A program made the translations under genes and the position numbers. The notes below the pieces were generated by a model. It saw nothing but the letters and a program-made list of their open reading frames with translations, did no database searches and was not told where the DNA came from. Below are positions 1-10,681 of a DNA stretch of 64,000 nucleotides, in pieces (position 1 is the stretch's first letter; every line of letters begins with the position of its first letter). The DNA comes from an uncultured Nitrososphaerales archaeon. Lineage in GTDB: Archaea > Thermoproteota > Nitrososphaeria > Nitrososphaerales > Nitrososphaeraceae. The stretch lies in assembly GCA_963713605.1 (NCBI GenBank), contig CAVQMO010000001.1, positions 672,001 to 736,000 on the forward strand, in the 5' to 3' direction.

Positions 1-2
1 AA

Positions 3-759
3 TTGCGTCTCAAGGTGTTACCCTCAGCTCTAGTTGGCCAGAGCTTCTTGCTAATTTTTGTAGGTGGACTGTGGGCTACAGTAGGTGGCATCATCTTTCT
101 GCCCCGTAAAACCACGAAGCAACAACGTACTGTAACAGCAGATCCTATCCAAGAACAGCCTCAACCTCATGACCTGGCAAGACAGATTCAGACCTCTGAC
201 AAGCAATCTATCCATTCACTCTCAATATTTCCAATATTCATTCGTTTTTGCGATTACAGGTGCAATTGGCATGCTGATTGTTCAATGGTTTAAGCTACCT
301 GATGGAGACTGGGTTTTGGCGACCGTAGTAGCAATATTAGCCCCAGCATTTACTGATATTGCTCTTACTCTTAAGAGAGGGCAGGAGGAAGTCTACCAGG
401 AGGGACTCTTAAAAGTTGTCCACCGTATTATAGGTACTATCATAGGTGCGGTAACCATCCTGATAATAATTGATAATGTTCATAACATATGGTTACTGTC
501 TTTAATATTATTCGTTTACTTAAGCGCTTACCTCTCATTCGTAAAGATAAAGAACTACGCCTTTAAGACGATCTTTACGGCCGGTATGGCACTTCTTTTC
601 CTTGAAATCATACACCCAGCACCAGACCCGACAGCTGTATCTTTAGAAAGGATCCAGAACGTTTTCATAGGTTGCCTTCTCTCCCTAGGTGCAACTAGCA
701 TTTGGATCGCATTCTCTCGGAAGAAATCTAACTTACCTTTAGGGCGTAAAGGGGAATGA
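3..759 (+). pseudogene. FUSC-family (aromatic acid exporter-like) membrane protein, C-terminal part; frameshifted and cut by the window edge
   Basis: Overlapping ORFs 3-293 and 169-759. Hydrophobic helices with FUSC_2-like motifs 'WVLATVVAIL', 'HRIIGTIIGA', 'ERIQNVFIGC'. Confidence 0.65.
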
Positions 760-946
760 AACTTGGTTCTATTTTAGACGGTTCAAAAGAAAACGATGGC
801 AATAACGATTAACTTGTTAGCGAATCATCAAAAGAGATCAAGAGAAACAATGTACAACCATACTTAACATATTACACTGCCTGGATAGATCAGTTTTTGA
901 CTGTACCATTTTTTAGGTACCCAAACAAATCAGGGATAAGGTAATA

Positions 947-1057
947 ATGAAGTTGTTGTCGCTCGCTTGTCTGTCAGATAGGCATGAGTATTGTTCCCTT
1001 AGTTTTGCCGGCGGTACTGGTTGTCAATGCAACTGTCATCCTAAGAATCAGTATTAA
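947..1057 (+). CDS. 36-aa Cys/His-rich microprotein (C-x4-H-x2-C...CxCxCH), putative metal-binding
   Basis: Hand translation MKLLSLACLSDRHEYCSLSFAGGTGCQCNCHPKNQY*. Below the ORF-track length cutoff. Confidence 0.5.
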   Translation: MKLLSLACLSDRHEYCSLSFAGGTGCQCNCHPKNQY

Positions 1058-1140
1058 AAAAAGATGGAAGTCTAGGTTACTAGTTAGAGTAACAAACTCT
1101 CACGAATGATATCGCTTGCGATATCCTTTGATACATAAGG

Positions 1141-1440
1141 AGCCTAGACAAGGAAATGACTTCATACAGTGATTGCTTTGGTTCTTTCAGATTGTCTTTG
1201 AGTAGGTTGAACGAGAATACAACCTCAGGTACTTAGGTAAGGTTGGCAACGTATTCCACACGCTAGACATAGAGGCAGCAATATGTACGGAGGGCAAGGA
1301 AATGACGGACATCTACAAGTACCATGGTAGGAAGAAGCATGGGAATAGATGTGATCTGGGGGATACTTCGAAGTTTGTCATTGTCATTACCCAATACAGA
1401 AACAGAAAGGTGGAAGTATTCTATGCAGAGAGCTTCGAGC
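1141..1440 (+). pseudogene. Terminase large subunit relic (two rearranged pieces)
   Basis: A C-terminal piece SLDKEMTSYSDCFGSFRLSL precedes EREYNLRYLGKVGNVFHTLDIEAAICT...GRSMGIDV, which closely matches the 4270-5169 copy. Confidence 0.75.
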
Positions 1441-1521
1441 CTACTGAATGGCTATAGAGGTACTGTGATCTGGTAACGTTTATAACGCGGGTTAGTAATA
1501 AATTAGGATGAAAAGGCGATC

Positions 1522-2154
1522 ATGAAGGAAGTATTCAATGTTATGAATTTCATAAGGTGCCCGTATGAAGCATTGCCAAAGGATAACCCAGATACTTATG
1601 TAATGAGGCCTAGACCTTTGAAGGGTACATTGTTTGTCTCATTTGATAATCTTGGTTTCCTATCAGGACAAGTAAGGGTTAGAGGGAAAGGTAAGGGTGA
1701 ATATCCTTTTCATTATTTGGAAATGATAGACCATGTTTTTGGCAAGGAAGTAAATACTATTGAGGTTTGCAGTGGTGGTGTTAATGGAGGATGCTTCACG
1801 GTAGATATCAATCCGAGAACAAATCCTCAGATTGTCGATGATGGTTAGACTCTGGCTAAAATTCCAAATGATACCTTTAATCGATGGAGATGTGACCCTC
1901 CTTACAACAAAGATACAGCGAGAAAAATGTACGGAACTGATTTACCAAAGTCAATCAGATTGCTTGAGGCAGGGGCAAGAGTCTGTAAAAAGTATTCTCT
2001 ATTGTTCTTGCTATTGGGTCCTGTAAACTATCAATGGCATCCTAAAGGAACAAGGAGAATTGCTTACATTGACATGACTGTGGTTCCTCATCACAGTTAT
2101 GCTACTTTTAAAAGGCTACGACTTACTATCACCGCATCTCTATGTCTATCCTGA
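1522..2154 (+). pseudogene. DNA amino-methyltransferase (N6-A/N4-C type) interrupted by one in-frame TAG
   Basis: ORFs 1522-1848 and 1927-2154 share a frame. Reading through TAG 1846-1848 gives ...IEVCSG...VDINP...RWRCDPPYN..., i.e. a SAM-binding-like motif plus catalytic DPPY. Confidence 0.65.
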
Positions 2155-2271
2155 TCTTCTGGCTCGAAAAGATGTGATTCATACTTTCCGGATCTAGTCC
2201 AATTCGACCATGGTATGCTCATGCTTACGTACAACATCTCTTAAGTAGTGAGTCGCTCAAAATAAGTCATC

Positions 2272-3003
2272 ATGCAAAATGCTCCCAGAGCAACTTACAT
2301 CATGAAAGAAATGGTAAAGCACCTTTTTCACTTGGTATTAATCAATGCTCTATCCTTATTCGTTGTTCGCAAAAGAACAAAATCAGGGGCAGAGTACAAT
2401 AACAAGTTAATTGGACAGCCGACTAACTACTTTAAATCTAGCGCCGCCGTCATCGGCATGTTGTTTGATGTTACTGCAATTTTGATTGTAATTGCATTCG
2501 ACGTAAACAGAGACATAATGACAGTAATTGCTGCTGTATTCATTTGTATTGGGACGGGGCGACAGATCTTTGCCTCGGCACTGGATCTCGTAACAACGAA
2601 CCTGAACGCCTTCTTGTCATCTTGGGCATCAACTCTTCTATTGCTTGCAAGAAATAGGCTGATGGTGACGACGACAGATTGGCGTTCCATAGAAAGGCGA
2701 ATCGAGCTGATACTCATGAGCAGGGGGCTTGAGTATAATTTGCCTGTTAAATTTGATGGGGTAAAACCAGAATCTCAGCAAAAATTATTAGAGTACTTGG
2801 ATGAGCATAAATGGGAGTTAGAGTATCAACAGGCTATTACAGATGATGATTCTAGCTGCCTTGCATTTTTTGAGTACGCAACTAAACAGATGAGAAAGAA
2901 GTTGCAGATATATGGTGAACTGGAAGACCTACAGCAAAGTAGTGGAGGCGTTAACGCAATAATCCTGATAGCAGTGGGAACGTTGATTTGGTTAATTTCA
3001 TAG
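2272..3003 (+). CDS. Hypothetical membrane protein, probably 5'-truncated; paralog of 12382-13312
   Basis: 243-aa ORF with hydrophobic segments. DNA from about 2158 to 3005 aligns by eye with about 12465-13315. Confidence 0.55.
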   Translation: MQNAPRATYIMKEMVKHLFHLVLINALSLFVVRKRTKSGAEYNNKLIGQPTNYFKSSAAVIGMLFDVTAILIVIAFDVNRDIMTVIAAVFICIGTGRQIFASALDLVTTNLNAFLSSWASTLLLLARNRLMVTTTDWRSIERRIELILMSRGLEYNLPVKFDGVKPESQQKLLEYLDEHKWELEYQQAITDDDSSCLAFFEYATKQMRKKLQIYGELEDLQQSSGGVNAIILIAVGTLIWLIS

Positions 3004-3068
3004 TTTTGGCACTAATGGCAGTTCTCACCAGATACTGTTTAGAGTATATGAGATAACGTGCGATCGCT

Positions 3069-3260
3069 GTGCTCTAGCATCTGCTTACAGTGTGAAAGTA
3101 TGTTCTTGTGCTGCTTACTAAACGGTACAGTAATCACAAACATGTTCTGTTGTAAGAACCGCAGATCGTATACTGATGGATAGTTTTTCTTGTAAAATGA
3201 TATCTGTTGCTCATAGTTGGTATCCTCATCTACACTATCCTTCAATACCCTGATAAAGGA
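3069..3260 (-). pseudogene. Terminase large subunit nuclease-domain relic (divergent lineage)
   Basis: SFIRVLKDSVDE...FVITVPFSKQHKNILSHCKQMLE parallels EVIRELKK.IGE...IIPINFQKRHRQMLQWTYTLMS in the 4270-5169 copy. Confidence 0.5.
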
Positions 3261-3289
3261 ACGTCCATGTACCGAAGTCTGCGGGTGCA

Positions 3290-3612
3290 TCTGCGTTGTA
3301 TACTGACTGTTCCATCCATTTAGCCCGCCTTCTATGCTCCTAGCATCATAGCCTTTCTCAGAGAGGATCTTGGCAGCGCCCATAGACCTATTGCCATGTC
3401 CACAAAATGTAACTATTTGTTTGTCTTTTGGAATCTGTTTTAATATCTCAGGAGAGGACAAATCGCCTATCGGAATTACAGGGGTATCGAGATACCTGTC
3501 ATAGGAAACTTTCATCCAAAATAAAAATATCTTCTCCGCTGTCTATCTTTTTCTTTAGTTCTGTAGGTTTCAGTTGATGATTATCGTTATCCTTGTCATT
3601 CCCAGAAGTCAT
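3290..3612 (-). pseudogene. Rhodanese-like domain protein, internally deleted/frameshifted
   Basis: LKPTELKKKIDSGEDIFILD, then in another frame IPKDKQIVTFCGHGNRSMGAAKILSEKGYDARSIEGGLNGW (rhodanese active-site Cys loop and GG..W motif). Confidence 0.75.
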
Positions 3613-4269
3613 TTTCAGGAGTAGAGTTCAGTAGGAGCCTGGACTATTTAAATAGCCTCAAAGGGTAGCGTGGCTACCAGGGAAAGGTACTGGTCTTGGA
3701 TTGAGTATAAGTCATCGGATCATCAATGAGTCGCACCGAGGAGACATACAAGTATATTCTAAACCAGGAGAGACTCGTTTTCAGGTTCGCCTGCCTATCA
3801 TTTACAAAAAGTTCGAGGGTTAACTGGAAAAGGAAAAATGTCACAATCAGAAGGCTATTACGAACAAGTACAAGCGATAATAAAGAAATACCTAAGCAAC
3901 ATAACTTGGGAGAAAATATGCGCTGAATTAAATAATTTGAATACTCCATTTAGTGATCAAGAACTGACCGAGAACGAGTGTGGAATGGATTATAAAAGAG
4001 ATACAATGGAGAATATCGCATGGAGATCGGTTTCTACATTCGATTTAGTTCGAATAATGAACTAAGAATAAACATCTATGTCCTCATCTTTTGCATGCAG
4101 ACAGTCAATCATTTTTGAAGTAAGTGCATGCGCAGCATAAAACGCTAATAGAGCAAAATATCCTATAACTATTATACTAATAAGTTTAGCCATTCGACTC
4201 ATATTTCCAGAGGTACATTTTTAGTTACTTCTAATGGGTTACACGATGACACCATTGACCTATTATCAG

Positions 4270-5169
4270 GAATTGTTTTTTTGGAAGTTCATAATTACAT
4301 AAAGCAAGCCTAAACGAATCCAAGGTGTCATGATGTGATGTCTGCTGCTTGTCCAGCTTCCAATCATCTATCACAACTGCTGTTCTTAGTGATACGATGA
4401 GATTGTGCAAGGTTGGGTTTATCTTAATGAATCTCTTAGACATTAACGTATAAGTCCACTGTAGCATCTGTCTATGTCTTTTCTGGAAGTTGATTGGTAT
4501 TATCTGCCAACTGTTGCTGCTTCGTAAACCCCAGATCTTCTGCCTCCATAATAGTCGTGATACTCTCCTATTCTATTTTTTCAGCTCTCTTATTACCTCT
4601 GGGTTCGCACCGTCCACGTATATTTTAGTACAGTGGTGCCTCTGCTTTAGCTGCATGATTTGATTGATGATCTCGTTCATCAACGGTTTCTCGAAGACTT
4701 CTATTTTGTTGTTCCTGTATTGAGTAATAACGATGGCAAACTTTGATGTATCTCCCCAAGCCACATCAATACCCATGCTTCTTCCTATCATTGTACTTTC
4801 AGACCAGGCTATCATTTCTTTTCCTTCTTCTTGAGTGCATATGGCTGCTTCAATATCCAGAGTATGGAAGACATTGCCAACCTTTCCCAGGTATTTTAGA
4901 TTGTATTCCCTTTCAAATGATGGTGATTTCTGTGCTAGAGCTATCTCTTCCCTTGTGTAGATCTTGTTTGTGCCATATGTATAATCTAGGAATAACCGTT
5001 TGTATAAACAGGTATTCTCTGGTTCTCTTTCTATCTTTTCAAATAGACCTTCAGGAGCGTTAGGCGTTGACACCATAACAATCCAAGGATTGCTCTTGGC
5101 AATGTATCTCTCCGATACGTCTCGTGCATCTTGCTGCTGCCCTGGTGGAAAGAAATCAGCCTCATCCTC
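4270..5169 (-). pseudogene. Terminase large subunit, C-terminal ~60%, degraded
   Basis: Walker B-like DEADFF, coupling motif VSTPN, RNase H-fold acidic motifs GIDVAWG and IYVDGANP, terminal TSHHDTLDSFRLAL. Stops and frameshifts near 4470-4575. Confidence 0.8.
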
Positions 5170-5341
5170 CTATGACAATGACTGGTATAAAGTCGGCCTA
5201 TCTGCAATGCCGCTGAGGCGCTGACGCTTGTTGTAATAGTTGCATTTGCTTCTCTGATTGTATGTCATGTTCTACAGCATGCATTCTCAAACAATCCTTG
5301 AAAAGATTGAGGTATGCAATTAAACAAGAAAAATTGAATTT

Positions 5342-6115
5342 CTACTTTTCCGAAATGGCTTCTTTTCCTTCGATAATTAGATTGTATCGAATGAGTATCC
5401 TTCTATTTATTCCTATTAAAAGGCCTACAGAAACCATTAATAGCATATCAAATGCTATGGTAATAAGTACTGCTGTAGAATTATCAACATAAATTAGCCC
5501 ATGTCTAGCTCGCGTAAACAAGCTGCCAATAAACAAGACAGATATTATGATGCGTGATACTGTTCCTATCACATACACAAGATGAATATGTGTTCCGCCC
5601 GTTGCATAAATAGAACCAGACTTTGATTCCTTCCAGAACGACATGAGACGATTTGAACGTAAATAAGAATAATGCTGTAAACCAAAAAACAAAAGCAGAT
5701 AGGGAATAAGATACAAAATTGGAACGCCAAGATTATAAAATGAATCAAAGATAACAATAGAGCTTAAAACTAGATAGAAAATAGACTCAACTATAATCTT
5801 TGACTTTGTTACTATTTTTCCATGTTTAGTCCATTTTAGTCTGGTGAAAATTACGATTGCGATTACTATGCTATACAATGTAATTCTACCCATATCGACT
5901 CCATATGGTGCTATAGACTCTTGTGCATCTGATAGGCGAAGTTTAGTAGTATCAATATTGTAAATGGTAAAAGCATGTGCACCTTGTAATGTGGAGAGAA
6001 TAGTGAAAATAGTGGGTATAGTTAACACAAGTACTGTAGTCCAGTTTTCCGTACAGACACTATACTGCTTTCTTATTATTAGATTACACCTTATTTTAAA
6101 ACTAGTATCTTCCAA
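5342..6115 (-). CDS. Multi-pass membrane protein (DUF1453/CcdC-like, tentative)
   Basis: 257-aa ORF with about 6 hydrophobic helices. Confidence 0.5.
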   Translation of the reverse strand: MEDTSFKIRCNLIIRKQYSVCTENWTTVLVLTIPTIFTILSTLQGAHAFTIYNIDTTKLRLSDAQESIAPYGVDMGRITLYSIVIAIVIFTRLKWTKHGKIVTKSKIIVESIFYLVLSSIVIFDSFYNLGVPILYLIPYLLLFFGLQHYSYLRSNRLMSFWKESKSGSIYATGGTHIHLVYVIGTVSRIIISVLFIGSLFTRARHGLIYVDNSTAVLITIAFDMLLMVSVGLLIGINRRILIRYNLIIEGKEAISEK

Positions 6116-6555
6116 TTTTAGAGTTTCTACTCGGTATTGAACTAGGCATACCCAGACTCAGAAACTTTAAAAATTAATGATTTTATCTTCACAAATACAC
6201 TAGGTTGTTAGCAGCTTTCTCTTTATCGTAGCCTTAAACGCGAATAAATCGATAGCCAGATTAAAACTGGTCTAAATGTGACAAACTCAGTTTGTTGGTC
6301 TTTTATTTTCAAGTTAGAGAATCCTATTTGAGTATTAAGGAATAGATTTAAGTCATCAGTGTCACTTTGCAAATTGACCAACTAACTAATATCGTGCTGG
6401 AATTAATTTCTTCGCAAAGCCCAACCTGTGATACAGCTGCGAATTAATATTTTCAAAAATCCCGCCCACCGCTAGTTTAAGCACATAGTCTGCGCTAATT
6501 TTATCCAACACAGTATTGTAGATTTCAAAAAATTACTATATACCAGACAATTCTC

Positions 6556-8064
6556 TTAATCAGACACGTAATTCTTTTCTCTGTTAATTTTTCTTAACCT
6601 GGCAAGTACTTCTTCCAATTGTTCTTTAGTTTCCTGGTATCCATCTTGAATTAACTGCTGGATTGTAGTTTTTGAAAAGTCAAATGTTTTATTTGCAATA
6701 GTATTACTGTCGTTCTTTCGCTGGAATCGAACAACAAATTCAATGTCGACGGCGATCGTTAATAAATCCTCAAACCTCCAACGCTTACCAGTGGCAAGAT
6801 AAACAGCATTGGTTTCTTCCTCTAGATTCTTTTGGATGACCTCTTTGCTCACACCATTTTCTTCGGCTAATTTAATAAGAGATTTGGCTAACTTTATAAA
6901 ATCAGCCACAAGAACTGCAACATTTTCATCATATCGTGTTCTGTCATGGAATATAATGTCATTCTTTCTGTCAACGACACCGTCGTAGTCAGATGGAAGA
7001 TTATCGTGTGTGCCCGGATGGAGATTTATTATGACGTATCTCAGTTTAGGTATGTCATCTTTTACTTTCTTCACTTGATGCCAATAATCCCTATGAGCGA
7101 GTATAGTCTGTCTTAGTGGAGTATTAGCTAATAATCCACCATCCCAGAAACTGCGTAAGCTGCTATTGGCATTCGAAGAAGCGGAAGGCCTATTATTATC
7201 CCCACCACCTGCATTGAAGCCTTGCTCTCCATCTACCAAGGTACGGCTTTCCACATTTAGTCTAGTGTAGTCATAATTTACTGGAACTGAACAGCTTGCT
7301 AAAACGAAGTCTGACTTAATCCCATCGTCGTATCTTATAACATATTCATGTCCCTCAATGTTCTCATGATCTTTCTCAGAACTACCAAATTTCACTCTAC
7401 CGTATCTCCCATACTCTGTCTTCCTGGTTCCATCCTCCTGTTCGTAGCTATCAAAAACCACAGGATAGCCTGCTACTTGCACATCCACAGCAACTAGCAA
7501 GAGCCTTGGTTCATTATTTTCGAGGCTTGTGGAAATAGGAAATTTTGCAAACTTCTCCAGGCTCTCTCTTAATGGTTTGTTGTCATAGGTATACCAAGTA
7601 TTAGAAGGATCAAAAAACTTATTGTCGAACACAGGTGTTTTAGGTACAAATACGTTTGGAACTCCCATAAAAATAGATTCCTTAGTGCCAAAATATCTTC
7701 TGGCAGATTCTCCAGAAGCAATTCGTCTATCCAATCTGCGCCAAGAATCCCAGTAGGACGTAAGGTATGGTATGTTATCAACAGATGGTTGTGTAGAAAG
7801 ATATTCCCAAAAATCGACAAGCCTTTCAGCAGACCCCTCCCACGTTTTATTTTCCTTTACATAACTTACCAATAAAGTAGCATTTATAGCGCCTATTGAC
7901 GTTCCAGAGATGATATGAAATAGCGGCTCATTTCCCCATTCTGATCTGACGTATGCTAAAAGATCTTCATTGAGAGCTTTGTAAGCACCTGCTTCATATG
8001 CACCAAGCGAACCTCCTCCTTGAAGTATTAAAGCTCGGTTGATGTTATGTTTCATAAATCTCAT
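6556..8064 (-). CDS. Patatin-like phospholipase/esterase
   Basis: Oxyanion GGGSLG, nucleophile GTSIG (GxSxG) and catalytic DGG all present in a 502-aa ORF. Confidence 0.9.
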   Translation of the reverse strand: MRFMKHNINRALILQGGGSLGAYEAGAYKALNEDLLAYVRSEWGNEPLFHIISGTSIGAINATLLVSYVKENKTWEGSAERLVDFWEYLSTQPSVDNIPYLTSYWDSWRRLDRRIASGESARRYFGTKESIFMGVPNVFVPKTPVFDNKFFDPSNTWYTYDNKPLRESLEKFAKFPISTSLENNEPRLLLVAVDVQVAGYPVVFDSYEQEDGTRKTEYGRYGRVKFGSSEKDHENIEGHEYVIRYDDGIKSDFVLASCSVPVNYDYTRLNVESRTLVDGEQGFNAGGGDNNRPSASSNANSSLRSFWDGGLLANTPLRQTILAHRDYWHQVKKVKDDIPKLRYVIINLHPGTHDNLPSDYDGVVDRKNDIIFHDRTRYDENVAVLVADFIKLAKSLIKLAEENGVSKEVIQKNLEEETNAVYLATGKRWRFEDLLTIAVDIEFVVRFQRKNDSNTIANKTFDFSKTTIQQLIQDGYQETKEQLEEVLARLRKINREKNYVSD

Positions 8065-8339
8065 TCACACCATCTGGTAGATTCGTTATTGTGAGGACTG
8101 CCGTATGCGTGTACAAGATGTATCATGCACAATATAGGTTCGGCTAAATTTAATGCTATCTCGACCTAAATGATTGGGAAGTATTCTGGTCCAATCCTGC
8201 TTCAATATTGCCTTAATCGTGGAGACACTCCAGATTCTTTAGTAATCCCTTTTTAGATTTAGTAATCCCTTTTTACCTAACCTTTCCCTTTTTCAGCTAG
8301 TGCTATGATGACAGATCACCCTTATTCCCTATCATCTTT

Positions 8340-8700
8340 CGTGTAATGTACCAGACGGTAACAATGGAAACATAAAGTCCCGTTAATGTTGATCCAACGA
8401 TCATCGCGATTGCTCCTACGATTCTCCCTTCAGGCTAGGCCCGAACGTAGCACCAGACGCCATCTGGATGACATACCAAAATGATTCGCCTATAGTTTTT
8501 ATGGATGAATGCGTACTCCAACGTTCTGCATCATAAAATACGAGTGCGATCACATGAAACGCCATGAGGATATGCAATGTTTTACTGGTTCCAAGAATAT
8601 TCAAATCATCCTTAACAACGAATCTAACTAAGTACAATACAATATTCCTAATGCTCTGAACATTATACCTAGCGTGGCTCCAGCAAGCGGGGCTCCAGTG
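8340..8700 (-). pseudogene. Two-TM ion-channel (Ion_trans_2-like) fragment
   Basis: IKTIGESFWYVIQMASGATFGP followed, after a frameshift, by GRIVGAIAMIVG (pore helix plus inner helix pattern). Confidence 0.5.
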
Positions 8701-9796
8701 AATATCATCTCTGGTAAAATGAAAGCGAAAATCGGTGTAGCTATAGGGATTATAAACCAATTATTTAAGATATATCTCCATCCCTGTTTCGATTTTTTCA
8801 ATCGTCCATGGAAATCATATATATAAGAGTAACAACAAATGCATCAAAAACTAAAACGGTAATGATTTTCGAAATTTGAAACTGAATGTAGATGACTATA
8901 CAGAAACTAGCAGAATAACATCTACCAAACAGAGAAAACTATTTAAGATTTCAAGTCTCTTGCCTGACATCAGCTTTTCACCTAACTTTAAGTTATAGGC
9001 CTTAGCGGTCTGTTTTGTTGTCCATTATTTTTAGTCAAGTGCCGCAGGACAAGATGTTTCAAAGACAAATACTTGATGCATTATATTCCACAGATACGTT
9101 ACATGCAGTCTCCCCGTTGTTACAACAATCATCTCTGGTCTTTGGGAATGATGAGGACTACAAAAACGTAAAACAGAAAAGATCAGTAGGAACATGCCGG
9201 CAAAAGAGACTTCGCGAAAACTCTCTCTAGATGAAAGAGCTTAATTCTAGAATGCACATTACCGAATGTAGTATAGATCTTATGGAAGTGCCAAGAAATC
9301 TGGTGCACATGTTGTTGTGATGGTAGATTATGACTAACTTGGACTATATATCGCATCAGAAACCCCAACTGATACAAGAAGGGTCTGATTCTTCCTGCGG
9401 GACAAAAATCGATGAGAATTATTGCTCCACTCATACTAACTATCTTGCTCTAACTTCGAGTAGTTACCCCATCTTTTAGATTATCAACCAATAGATAACG
9501 TGCCTTCGAAAAGATGAATTATGCAATCCTCGTTGTTACCATTTTGGCGAGCTCAGCCTCGCTTAAATTAGAATACGATTCTCCACTTAAGTCTGTTGTT
9601 GAATTCGATAGTTCAATCTCTACATCTTCTATTGCGAATTTTTCGATAACATGGATTATGTCCATTAGGTTGATACCACCACTATACTGCCATTTGCTAA
9701 CGGAGGTTCAATTGTGACTGCCTTTCGTAAGGAACGGCGAAACATTGTTAAGTGAAGACGAGGAGCTTTCACTGATTGAAACTAGTGTATATTTGA

Positions 9797-10681
9797 ATGG
9801 CTAATACAGCATCGAAAATCTCGGTTTCCAGGCGTATCCTGTTTTTTGGAATTGTTGTCGTAACCACCATCACAACTTCTATTATTATCTTTGCCAACGT
9901 AGAAGCTAGGGAATACTATTCGCATTGGATAATTAGTATCGGTGCATCCGCGACGGCAATTTTGGCCTTTTTAATCATATATCAGCAAAAAAAGTATCAC
10001 GGACTGATCGAGAAAGCTGACCTTGCTCTTGTAATAGCCTTAGGGCTATCACTCTGTGCAGAAACCCTTTGGGCAATTTATGAGATAGTACTGGAGGTAG
10101 TGCCACCGGTTCCGTCGTTAGCAGATGCATTATCTCTATCTGCTTATGCTTCATTGGGATATTATGTTTTTTCAACGTATCTTAGATATCACAAGCAATT
10201 TCATTTTACTCATATAACTACGGTTGCTGCTATAATTGCGAGTGCGATATTTCTTACCTATATAATTTCGCAGACTCTGAATTTTGCCGATTTTTCATCC
10301 TATAGAGAGGTCGCCATTTTCTCAGTAATCATAGCGTATCCGATTCTTGATGCAATCATCATTGTGCCAGCTTTCCTGATTGTAGTTAATTACAAGAAGG
10401 AACCTCATTGGTTTACGCCATGGATCTTCAAGTCGGCTGGAATTTTCGTCGTCGCAATCGCAGATAGTTGGTTTGCGTTGTTCGTTGTTACGTCAATGAC
10501 CAACGAATTATGGCCATCAACAATGATCTTTGCAGCCCATAATGTAATCATTGCTGCCGGTTTACTTTGGACCGTGGTATCTCTAGCCGCACTCGTACGA
10601 ATCCGAATCTCACTAATTCAGATAGTCCAAATTTTGAGGAAAGTAGTGCACAACAGTACGACATCAATAATTCTAAACTAA
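9797..10681 (+). CDS. Polytopic membrane protein (about 8 TM, sensor-like); possibly the N-terminal half of a fusion with the next ORF
   Basis: Strongly hydrophobic ORF with PSLADAL..AY and AYPILD motifs. Overlaps the next ORF by 115 nt. Confidence 0.65.
   Translation: MANTASKISVSRRILFFGIVVVTTITTSIIIFANVEAREYYSHWIISIGASATAILAFLIIYQQKKYHGLIEKADLALVIALGLSLCAETLWAIYEIVLEVVPPVPSLADALSLSAYASLGYYVFSTYLRYHKQFHFTHITTVAAIIASAIFLTYIISQTLNFADFSSYREVAIFSVIIAYPILDAIIIVPAFLIVVNYKKEPHWFTPWIFKSAGIFVVAIADSWFALFVVTSMTNELWPSTMIFAAHNVIIAAGLLWTVVSLAALVRIRISLIQIVQILRKVVHNSTTSIILN

Noticed and set aside
6556..8064. Patatin as a CBASS/CapV-type defence effector
   Set aside because: No cyclase or other defence genes nearby. 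The long C-terminal region fits stand-alone patatins.
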